NCBI GenBank assembly: GCA_944332715.1
Contig: CALVKN010000068.1
Coordinates: forward strand, 79,755-143,754
Source: an uncultured Bacilli bacterium
GTDB lineage: Bacteria; Bacillota_I; Bacilli_A; RF39; UBA660
DNA: 64,000 bases
Direction of reading: 5' to 3'
The translations under genes were made by a program, and so were the position numbers. This document shows positions 1 to 11,234 of the stretch, piece after piece. The notes below the pieces were generated by a model. The model was not told the DNA's origin, made no database searches, and saw only the letters and a program-made list of their open reading frames with translations. Position 1 is the first letter of the stretch, and every line of letters begins with the position of its first letter.

Positions 1-314
1 CGCACCCGGTCTATACCAAAGTCAAGGACGAGGTCAGCGCGCGCTACGGCGAGGCGGCGGCGGTGCACAACGCCATCCTGGCCGACGGCTGCGACATCGA
101 CGGCGCGGTGGAGAACAGCGTGCTGTTCCGCGGCGTGACGGTCGGCCGCGGCAGCATGGTGAAAAATTCCATCGTCATGCAGGGCGTGACCATCGGCAAC
201 GGTTGCACGCTCGACCACGTGGTGCTCGACAAGGGCGTCACCATCCGCGACGGGCGCACGCTCGTCGGGTACGACAGCTTTCCGATCATTCTCAAGAAGA
301 ACACGACGGTCTGA
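1..314 (+). CDS. glgD: Glucose-1-phosphate adenylyltransferase family, GlgD-like subunit; C-terminal fragment (5' end outside window)
   Basis: Frame 3 is open from the window edge (HPVYTKVKDEVSARYGE...) into ORF 63..314. The hexapeptide-repeat beta-helix sequence (DGCDIDGAVENSVLFRGVTVGRGSMVKNSIVMQGVTIGNGCTL) is typical of GlgC/GlgD C-termini. It lies directly upstream of glgA, as in Firmicute glgC-glgD-glgA operons. Confidence 0.7.
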   Translation, partial: HPVYTKVKDEVSARYGEAAAVHNAILADGCDIDGAVENSVLFRGVTVGRGSMVKNSIVMQGVTIGNGCTLDHVVLDKGVTIRDGRTLVGYDSFPIILKKNTTV

Positions 315-353
315 GCCGCGCTCGGCCGTCCGCGACAGAAGGAGGAGCAGCGC

Positions 354-2078
354 ATGAAGGTTCTGTATGTGACCAGCGAATGCGTCCCGTTCATCAAGAC
401 GGGCGGACTGGCGGATGTGGCGGGCTCGCTGCCCATTGAGCTCAACCGGCAGGGCGCGGACGTGCGCGTGGTGCTGCCCAAGTACCGCTGCATCGACTGG
501 TACTGGCGCGAGCGGATGACGCACGTGACGGACTTCCCGGTCCTGTTCGGCTTTGGGAGCATGTATTGCGGCGTGGAGACGCTCGTGGACAACGGCGTGA
601 CGTACTATTTCATCGACAACGAGGAGATGTTCTCCGTCGACTCGATCTATGGCGACGGGATGCAGGAGGGGTACCGCTTTGCGTTCTTCTGCCGCGCGGT
701 GGCCGAAATGCTGCGGCACATCGACTTTGCGCCGGACGTGCTGCACCTCAACGACTGGCAGACCGGGCTCATCGCGGCCATGGTGCGCACGCAATATGCC
801 GGCGACGCGCGGTTTGGCGCGATGCGCATCGTGTTCTCCATCCACAACCTGCGCTATCAGGGCATCTTCGACTGGCCGCTCATGAACGCGCGGCTCGGCT
901 TTGACGAGCGGCTGTTCACGCCGGACTATCTGGAGTTTTACGGCAACCTCAGCTGCATGAAGGCCGGGCTCGTGTTTGCCGACCACATCAACACCGTGAG
1001 CCCGACCTATGCGCGCGAGATCCGCACCGCCTACTATGGCGAGCGGCTGGACGGCCTGCTGCGCGCGCGCGGCGCGGCGGTCTCCGGCATTTTAAACGGC
1101 ATCGACCGCACGATCTACGACCCGGCCACCGACCGGTTCCTCGGCGCGCACTTCAGCGTGGACGACATGGCGGGCAAGGCCACGCAGAAACGGTACCTGC
1201 AACAGGAGATGCACCTTTCAGAGCGGCCGGAGGTGCCGGTAATCGCCATGGTCTCCCGGCTCACGCCGCAGAAGGGGCTCGACCTGGTCGAGCGCGTGCT
1301 GACGGATATCCTGCGCATGGATGTGCAGCTCGTGCTGCTGGGCGACGGCGACCGGCGCTTTGTGGATCTGCTCAACTGGGCGGCGTGGCGCTATCCCGGG
1401 CAGGTGGGCACGTACATCGGCCTCAACGAGGGGCTGGCGCACCGCGCCTATGCCGGCAGCGACATGTTCCTCATGCCGTCGCAGTTTGAGCCGTGCGGCC
1501 TGTCCCAGATGATTGCGCTGCGCTATGGCTCTGTACCGGTCGTGCGCGAGACGGGCGGCCTGTGCGACACTGTCGTACCCTATAACAAATATACCGACGA
1601 GGGGACCGGCTTCTCCTTTGCCAACTACAACGCGCACGAGATGCTCTTTACGCTCGAGCGCGCGGTGCGGTATTATTATGAAGATCCGCCCATGTGGGCG
1701 CGCCTGGTGCGCCGCGGCATGGAGCAGGACTTTGGCTGGGGGGCGTCGGCGCGGCAGTATCTCGCGCTGTACCGGCTGCTCTGCGGCCTGCCGTCCGAGG
1801 AAGCGGCGCCGGAACCGGCCGCCGGGGAGCAGACGGAGGCGGTGCAGGCGGAGCCCCAGGCGGGCGTGGAGGCACAGCCGGCAGCGGCGGCGCCGGAGGG
1901 CGGGCAGCCGGCGGAGCCGACGCCCGCCGCGAAGAAACCTGCGGCAAAGAAACCCGCGGCGAAGCAGCCGGCGGAGAAAAAAACCCCCGAGAAAAAGCCT
2001 GCGGCGAAGAAGCGCGCCGAGAAAAAGCCTGCGGCGAAGAAGCCCGCGGCCAAAGGCCCGGGAGGGACGCAGGCATAG
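354..2078 (+). CDS. glgA: Glycogen (starch) synthase GlgA with a 96-aa C-terminal low-complexity extension
   Basis: 574-aa ORF. The N-terminus MKVLYVTSECVPFIKTGGLADV contains the KTGGL ADP-glucose motif, and the GT5/GT1 core is recognisable to about residue 478. The tail is acidic and then becomes AAKKP-type repeats. Confidence 0.93.
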   Translation: MKVLYVTSECVPFIKTGGLADVAGSLPIELNRQGADVRVVLPKYRCIDWYWRERMTHVTDFPVLFGFGSMYCGVETLVDNGVTYYFIDNEEMFSVDSIYGDGMQEGYRFAFFCRAVAEMLRHIDFAPDVLHLNDWQTGLIAAMVRTQYAGDARFGAMRIVFSIHNLRYQGIFDWPLMNARLGFDERLFTPDYLEFYGNLSCMKAGLVFADHINTVSPTYAREIRTAYYGERLDGLLRARGAAVSGILNGIDRTIYDPATDRFLGAHFSVDDMAGKATQKRYLQQEMHLSERPEVPVIAMVSRLTPQKGLDLVERVLTDILRMDVQLVLLGDGDRRFVDLLNWAAWRYPGQVGTYIGLNEGLAHRAYAGSDMFLMPSQFEPCGLSQMIALRYGSVPVVRETGGLCDTVVPYNKYTDEGTGFSFANYNAHEMLFTLERAVRYYYEDPPMWARLVRRGMEQDFGWGASARQYLALYRLLCGLPSEEAAPEPAAGEQTEAVQAEPQAGVEAQPAAAAPEGGQPAEPTPAAKKPAAKKPAAKQPAEKKTPEKKPAAKKRAEKKPAAKKPAAKGPGGTQA

Positions 2079-2143
2079 CGGCCGCACGGCGGGGCCGGGC
2101 GATACAAAACACAAGGGATGGCCGCCGACAGGGCGGCAGAGCG

Positions 2144-2181
2144 GGCGAGGGGGGCGCGGCGCGCGCCCCTCGCCGCATTTT
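2144..2181 (+). terminator. GC-rich stem-loop followed by ATTTTGGGG; probable glgA terminator
   Basis: ggcgagggg (2144-2152) pairs with cccctcgcc (2166-2174), with additional inner pairs. A short T run follows. Confidence 0.45.
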
Positions 2182-2199
2182 GGGGCAGGAGGAAGCCAT

Positions 2200-2949
2200 A
2201 TGACGATGGAAACGGAGGGACGGGCCCTCGATTTAAGCGGTATCGACACCGTGCTGCTGGATCTCGACGGGACGCTGATCCCGATGGAGCAGCAGTCGTT
2301 TCTCGACGCGTACTTTGCCGACCTGGCGCGCTTTGTCGCCGGGTACGGGTATCGGGATGTGCGCGCGCTGTTCGAGGCGCTCATGCGCGGCGTGGGGGCA
2401 ATGATCCAAAATGACGGCGGCGCCACGAACCGCGAGCGGTTTTGGGACGCGTTTTCGGCCGTGCTGGGGCGGCAGGTGCGGGAGCTGGAGCCGGCGCTGC
2501 TCGGGTTTTATCGGCACGAGTTTGACGCGGTGCGCCGCGTGCTCGGCCCGGCGCGCGACGTGCGCCGCCTGCTCACGCTGCTGCGCGGCCCGGGGCGCAC
2601 GCTGTATCTGGCCACAAACCCGCTGTTCCCGCCGGTTGCGGTGGAGACGCGGCTCGGTTGGATCGGCCTGACGCCGGCGGACTTTGCCGGCATCACCACC
2701 TATGACAACAGCCACTTTTGCAAGCCGAACCCGGACTACTACCGGGAAATCCTGCGGCGGCTCGGCCGGCGGCCGGAGACCTGCCTGATGGTGGGCAACA
2801 ACCCGTCGGACGACATGTCGGCGTTGCAGGCGGGCCTTCACGGCTTTCTCGTGACGGACTATCTGGAGAACGAGCAGGGACTCGACATCGCGCCGTTTTG
2901 CCATGGCACGTTTTTCGAGCTGACGGCGCTCGCGGCGCGGCAGGCCTAA
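2200..2949 (+). CDS. HAD-superfamily hydrolase
   Basis: ATG at 2200 is preceded by aggaggaag. HAD motif I is present (VLLDLDGTLIP), followed by LATNP and GNNPSDD motifs. The longer track ORF from 1513 overlaps the glgA tail and is Arg-rich junk upstream of 2200. Confidence 0.85.
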   Translation: MTMETEGRALDLSGIDTVLLDLDGTLIPMEQQSFLDAYFADLARFVAGYGYRDVRALFEALMRGVGAMIQNDGGATNRERFWDAFSAVLGRQVRELEPALLGFYRHEFDAVRRVLGPARDVRRLLTLLRGPGRTLYLATNPLFPPVAVETRLGWIGLTPADFAGITTYDNSHFCKPNPDYYREILRRLGRRPETCLMVGNNPSDDMSALQAGLHGFLVTDYLENEQGLDIAPFCHGTFFELTALAARQA

Positions 2950-3018
2950 CCTGCGGCGCGGCGTATGCCGGATGAGGGGCGTACCCACCGGGAGGGAAAG
3001 GAAAGGCGAAAGGAAACA

Positions 3019-3786
3019 ATGATACTGTATTTTAGCGGCACCGGCAACAGCCGGTATGTGGCAAAGCGGCTCGGCGAGGCGCTGCAGGACGAGGTCGTGT
3101 CCATGAACGGCTGCCTGCGCAGCGGCGAGCAGGGCGCGTTTCAGTCCGAGACGCCGTATGTGATCGTGACGCCGACGTATGCGTGGCGCATGCCGCGCGT
3201 GGTGCGGGCGTTTCTCGAACAGGCGGCGCTCACCGGCAGCCGCGACGCCTATTTTGTGCTGACCTGCGGCGGCGCGGTGGGCAACGCCGCGGCGGACGCG
3301 GCGCAGCTGTGCGCGGAAAAGGGGCTGCGCTTTTGCGGGCTGCAGCCGGTCGTGATGCCGGACAACTATCTCGTCATGTTCCCGGTGCCCGCGCCGGACG
3401 AGGCGGCGCGCATCGTGCGCGCGGCGGCGCCGGCCATCCGGCAGGCGGCGGATTGCATCCGCGCCCGGAAGCCGTTCCCGGCGCGCCGGGCCGGGCTGGG
3501 CGGCAGGCTGCTCAGCGCGCTGGTCAACCCGCTGTTCTATCTGCAGCCGCAACGCGACCGCGCCTTCACCGTCAGCAACGCCTGCATCGGTTGCGGGCGG
3601 TGCGCGGCGCTTTGCCCGCTCGGCAACATCCGTTTGGAGCAGGGCCGCCCCGTCTACGGCGGCAACTGCACGCACTGCATGGCGTGTATCTCGGCCTGCC
3701 CGGTGCGCGCGATCGAATATGGCCGCGCGACGCGCGGCAAGCAGCGCCACTATCTGGAGGACGGCGGCCCGGCGGGAGAGGCGTGA
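3019..3786 (+). CDS. Flavodoxin-like domain fused to a 2x[4Fe-4S] ferredoxin domain (EFR1-type ferredoxin family)
   Basis: The N-terminus MILYFSGTGNSRYVAKRL is a flavodoxin-like phosphate loop. The C-terminus carries CIGCGRCAALCP and CTHCMACISACP cluster motifs. Confidence 0.8.
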   Translation: MILYFSGTGNSRYVAKRLGEALQDEVVSMNGCLRSGEQGAFQSETPYVIVTPTYAWRMPRVVRAFLEQAALTGSRDAYFVLTCGGAVGNAAADAAQLCAEKGLRFCGLQPVVMPDNYLVMFPVPAPDEAARIVRAAAPAIRQAADCIRARKPFPARRAGLGGRLLSALVNPLFYLQPQRDRAFTVSNACIGCGRCAALCPLGNIRLEQGRPVYGGNCTHCMACISACPVRAIEYGRATRGKQRHYLEDGGPAGEA

Positions 3787-3802
3787 CCGCGCGGCCGCGG
3801 CG

Positions 3803-4948
3803 CTAAAACAGCAGCGCCGCGACGCCCAGCAGCAGCGCGAGCCCGGCCACGTTCACGAGCGTGAACACGGAGAGGAACCGCCGCGCTCTGGCGCCCGGCT
3901 CCTTCAGGTACAGCCGCAGGGAGATGAGGCTCGCCAGCGAGGCGACCGGCGTGCCCAGCCCGCCGATGTTGACCCCGGCCAGCAGGCCCTGCCAGTCGCC
4001 CGTGAAGCCGGAGAGCAGGATCGCCGCCGGCACGTTGCTGATGCACTGGCTGGCCGCTGCGGCGCACAGCAGCGTGTTGCGATCGAGCAGCGACTCGAGC
4101 AGCGCGCGCACGGCCGGGATGCGGCCGAGGTTCCCGGAAAACATGAAAAAGCAGCAGAACGTGAGCAGCAGGTCGTAGTCGATGCGCCGGAGCAGCGGCC
4201 GGTCGAGCAGCAGCAGGAGCAGCAGCGCCGCCACGGCGGCAATGGCATAGTGGACGAGGCGGAACACGGCCGCAAGGCACAGCAGAAACAGCGCCGCATA
4301 GGCGGCGAGCCGCCGCACATCCGCGATGCGCGCGGGCTCTGCAAACGTCACATGCACCCGGCCGCGCGGCGGCGCGGACAGCACCGCCGTGAGCGCGAGC
4401 GCGACGAGGCTCACGAGCGCGAGCGGCAGCACCACGCTGAAGAACTGGCCGGCGGTCAACGCATAGCGTGCGTGCAGATACAGGTTTTGCGGGTTGCCGA
4501 TGGGCGTGGCCATGCTGCCGAGGTTGGCGGCCACGGTCTGCAGCACGCAGACGCGCACGCCCAGCGCCTCCGCGTCCGCCTGCCGCAGCAGGAAGAACGT
4601 AAACGGCACGAGTGCGAGGAGCGCCACGTCGTTTGTCACCACCATGGAGACGAAAAAAGGCAGCAGGACGAGCAGCAGGCAGAGTGCGCGCAGCGTGCGT
4701 TCGCCGCTGAGCAGGCGCTCCGCGAGCAGCCGGAACAGCCCGCACCGCACAAAGCCCTGTACCACCGCCATGAGCGCAAACAGCAGGCACAGCACCCTGA
4801 GGTCGATATAGGAGAGATAGGCCGCGTCCGGCGGCACAAACAGCGCCGAGAGCAGCGCTGCGGCAAACGAAATGCACAACACCGCCTCCGCGCGCAGCCG
4901 GCGCAGCAGGCGGTTCGGGAAGGTCTGGCGTTCCATGGCCCTGTTCAT
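3803..4948 (-). CDS. Anion permease of the ArsB/NhaD (YbiR/SLC13-like) superfamily
   Basis: Polytopic membrane protein starting MNRAMERQTFPNRLL, with ATPIGNPQNLYL and GTPVASLASLI motifs typical of this permease superfamily. The upstream part of track ORF 3803..5278 is Arg/Gly-rich non-coding-like sequence. Confidence 0.75.
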   Translation of the reverse strand: MNRAMERQTFPNRLLRRLRAEAVLCISFAAALLSALFVPPDAAYLSYIDLRVLCLLFALMAVVQGFVRCGLFRLLAERLLSGERTLRALCLLLVLLPFFVSMVVTNDVALLALVPFTFFLLRQADAEALGVRVCVLQTVAANLGSMATPIGNPQNLYLHARYALTAGQFFSVVLPLALVSLVALALTAVLSAPPRGRVHVTFAEPARIADVRRLAAYAALFLLCLAAVFRLVHYAIAAVAALLLLLLLDRPLLRRIDYDLLLTFCCFFMFSGNLGRIPAVRALLESLLDRNTLLCAAAASQCISNVPAAILLSGFTGDWQGLLAGVNIGGLGTPVASLASLISLRLYLKEPGARARRFLSVFTLVNVAGLALLLGVAALLF

Positions 4949-5420
4949 TGCAGCCTTTCCGCGGGGCGTTTTGCGCGCTGGCCGCCCGGTTGCGGGCGCG
5001 CCGCGGTCTTTTCCCCGCCGTCCGCGAACAGTATAGCAGATTTGTGCCGCCGCGGGTAGTCCCGCGGCGGCTGCGCGTGTCAAAAAGTGCGTCCCTTCGC
5101 GCCCCTTCCGTGTGCGGCGCGACCGCGCCGTTTCGCGCCGTTGCCCGCCGCGCGGCACCCCTGCGGCGGTTGCTGCGCCCACCGTGGGGCCTGCCGCGCC
5201 GTCCTCCGTCCGACGCTTTCCGGCTGCCGGCGTTCCAAGCTGGGGGCGTTTTGCCGTTTGATGGCCGCCATGTTGCATTTGCGGCCGGCTTGCCGGCTAA
5301 TATACCCGGCAACGGGGCGCAGCCCTGCAAGAACGTGCAGCAAATCCTGCAAATCATGCCTGACTTGCATCCGACTGGCCAAAAAACCGCCAATTTTGCA
5401 GGATTTGCCGTCACGTTTGA

Positions 5421-5449
5421 TTGACAGGCCCCGGTGCGGAGATTATAAT
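5421..5449 (+). promoter_or_regulatory. Consensus sigma-A type promoter for nifJ (TTGACA-17 nt-TATAAT)
   Basis: TTGACA at 5421-5426, exactly 17 nt spacer, TATAAT at 5444-5449. This lies about 80 nt upstream of the nifJ ATG, which has an aggaggaag RBS. Confidence 0.7.
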
Positions 5450-5513
5450 AATATTCGGTAAGAAGCGGGCTTTTGCACCCGTACAGGCTCGAAAATCGGG
5501 CAGTTTTACATAA

Positions 5514-9101
<3,588 letters not shown>

Positions 9102-9118
9102 CGTATCCTGTGCATCCC

Positions 9119-9151
9119 GCGCCGCCCGGCATCGCCGGGCGGCGCTTTTTT
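9119..9151 (+). terminator. Rho-independent terminator of nifJ
   Basis: gcgccgcccggc / gccgggcggcgc form a 12-bp stem with a 3-nt loop, followed by TTTTTT. Confidence 0.8.
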
Positions 9152-9381
9152 GCGCGTGCCACCCCATCCGCGCGATCCCATGCCGCATCGCGTTGCGCGC
9201 GCTCCCTGCCCGCCGGAACATGGCAAACGGGCGGCACAGGCAGCGCAGACGGAACGGCCTGCCGCACAGAATTTGCCGGGAGTTCACAATTTGGTTAACA
9301 CTGTTACCCGGTTTTCTGCTATACTAAAGACAACCGCACAAGACGGCTTCCCATCTTCACAGGAGTATTGCAAAACCGGTT

Positions 9382-10083
9382 ATGAACGAGGCGTATGAAA
9401 AGAACGAGACCGTCGCCCTGTGGGGCGATTCGCTGGCCAAGGGCGTGATCTGGAACGGGCAGCGCGGCCGCCATACCTACGCGCAGGAGACGGCCGTGGC
9501 CGTGGCGGAGCGGGAGCTCGACATCCACATCATCAACCGCGCGCGCTTTGGCTACACCGCGCCGCAGGGGCTGGCGCTGATGGAAAAGGACCTGGCCGGC
9601 GGCATGACGGCCGACGCGGCGGTCATCGAGTTTGGCGGCAACGACTGCAACTTCGACTGGCAGGCCATCTCGGACAACCCGGAGGCCGAGCATCTGCCCA
9701 ACACGCTGCCGCACGTCTTTGCGGATACGCTCCGGCGCATGGTGACGCTGCTGCGCGAGCGCGGCATCCGGCCGATCCTCATGACGCTGCCGCCCATCGA
9801 CGCGGAGAAATATTTCCGCTTCCTCGTGGGCGACAAGCTCAACGCAGCCAACATCCTGCGCTGGCTTGGCGACAAGCAGCGGATCTACCGGTTCCAGGAG
9901 ATGTATTCGCTGCTCGTGGAGCGGGTGGCGCGCCAGATGCAGTGCGCGCTGGTGGATCTGCGCGAGGCCTGCCTGCTCGACAGGGACATGTTCTTCATGC
10001 TCTGTGACGACGGGCTGCACCTGACCGACGAGGGGCAGCGGTTCATCGGGGCCCAGGTCGTGTCGCTCGTGCGCCAGGGCTGA
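9382..10083 (+). CDS. SGNH/GDSL-family hydrolase
   Basis: Block I is WGDSLAKG, block III is GGNDCNF, and block V is DGLHLTDEG. Confidence 0.85.
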   Translation: MNEAYEKNETVALWGDSLAKGVIWNGQRGRHTYAQETAVAVAERELDIHIINRARFGYTAPQGLALMEKDLAGGMTADAAVIEFGGNDCNFDWQAISDNPEAEHLPNTLPHVFADTLRRMVTLLRERGIRPILMTLPPIDAEKYFRFLVGDKLNAANILRWLGDKQRIYRFQEMYSLLVERVARQMQCALVDLREACLLDRDMFFMLCDDGLHLTDEGQRFIGAQVVSLVRQG

Positions 10084-10140
10084 CGGACCGCCGGCTGCCG
10101 GCAGCGCGGGCGGACGGAAACGAAATGCAAAAATGCAAAG

Positions 10141-10172
10141 CGGCGCCCCTGCCTTGTCTGGCAGGGGCGCCG
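10141..10172. terminator. Bidirectional stem-loop between convergent genes
   Basis: cggcgcccctgcc (10141-10153) pairs with ggcaggggcgccg (10160-10172). It lies between the stop at 10083 (+) and the stop at 10194 (-). Confidence 0.6.
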
Positions 10173-10193
10173 GTGTTCGTATTGCGTGGGGGG

Positions 10194-11051
10194 TCACTCA
10201 CCCGCGGTGGGCAGCGGGATGTCGATGAGCGTGTTCTCCGCGCCGGACATGACGGTGGGCAGCTTGCCGTCCCATTTCTGCACGGACTGGTACTGGAGCA
10301 GCAGCTCGGTCAGCGACTCGGTCAGGATCCGGTTGCTCTCGGCGTTGGCCTCGGCCAGCACCTTGATCTCATTGGCTTCCGCTTCCGCGGCGATGACGCG
10401 CTTTTCCGCCTCCGTGTTGGCAATGACGAGCGCCTGTTCCTGCTCGGTGCGCGTCTTGATGAGGTTCTGCTCGGCTACCTGTTTGGCTTCGACCGCTGCG
10501 ATGTATTCCTCGGAGAAATCCCAGTTGATGATGTTCAGTTCGTTGACATAGATACCATATTCGTTGAGCTTGTTGTTGAGCCCCTCGTTGAGCAGCACGC
10601 TGACTTCGCCGCGGGAGCCGACCAGATCCACGGCGGTGTATTCCGCGGTGACGGCCTTGAGCACCTCGTTGACCACGGGCGTGATGAGCACGTCTTCAAA
10701 ATTGGGGCCGATCTCCTTGTAGATGTTCTGGCTCTGGTCCTTGTTGACGCGATAGTTGACCGCAAGCACGGTGGAAACGGTCTGCAAATCCTTGCTGAAC
10801 GCCTCGGTGGTCACCTCGAGCTTGACGATGCGGTTGTCGATCGTGACGACCTGCTGCGCAAACGGCAGCTTGAAGTGCAGGCCCTCCTGCAACACCACGT
10901 CGTTGACGCGGCCGAATGTGAGTACGACGCCGGTGTGCCCGGCGGGGATGACGACGAAGCTGGACGAGACCAGCACGCCGAGGACCAGCACGACGGCGAC
11001 GGCCAGGATGATCTTGCCAACGGAAAGGTTGCCTGCTTTGTCACGGAACAT
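10194..11051 (-). CDS. SPFH/band-7 (prohibitin-like) membrane protein
   Basis: ATG at 11051 with an aggagga RBS. N-terminal anchor is GKIILAVAVVLVLGVLV, followed by an SPFH core (VVIPAGHTGVVLTFGRV...) and a coiled-coil A/E-rich C-terminus. Confidence 0.85.
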   Translation of the reverse strand: MFRDKAGNLSVGKIILAVAVVLVLGVLVSSSFVVIPAGHTGVVLTFGRVNDVVLQEGLHFKLPFAQQVVTIDNRIVKLEVTTEAFSKDLQTVSTVLAVNYRVNKDQSQNIYKEIGPNFEDVLITPVVNEVLKAVTAEYTAVDLVGSRGEVSVLLNEGLNNKLNEYGIYVNELNIINWDFSEEYIAAVEAKQVAEQNLIKTRTEQEQALVIANTEAEKRVIAAEAEANEIKVLAEANAESNRILTESLTELLLQYQSVQKWDGKLPTVMSGAENTLIDIPLPTAGE

Positions 11052-11168
11052 AGTCAATCCTCCTAATACACGGTGTTGTCGAACAGTATACCATACGGCG
11101 CGGCATAATGCCATAGCCAAAAGCGCCCATCGGGCGGGTTGCTGCCCAGCCTGACTGGCGGCACAGAC

Positions 11169-11205
11169 AAAGGCGCCCCGCCGGCAACGCCGGCGGGGCG
11201 CCTTT
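11169..11205 (-). terminator. Rho-independent terminator downstream of the molybdenum hydroxylase gene
   Basis: Perfect 16-bp stem aaaggcgccccgccgg / ccggcggggcgccttt with a 5-nt loop. On the minus strand the stem runs into TTTGTCTG. Confidence 0.75.
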
Positions 11206-11234
11206 GTGCTTCCAATTTCCAATGGCCGCAGGGC

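Noticed and set aside
1513-2199. The N-terminal 229 codons of track ORF 1513..2949, which would give a 478-aa HAD protein overlapping glgA.
   Set aside because: This part is an Arg/Ser/Pro-rich alternative frame of the glgA 3' end and tail. A good RBS and ATG at 2200 give a normal 250-aa HAD hydrolase that starts with motif I.
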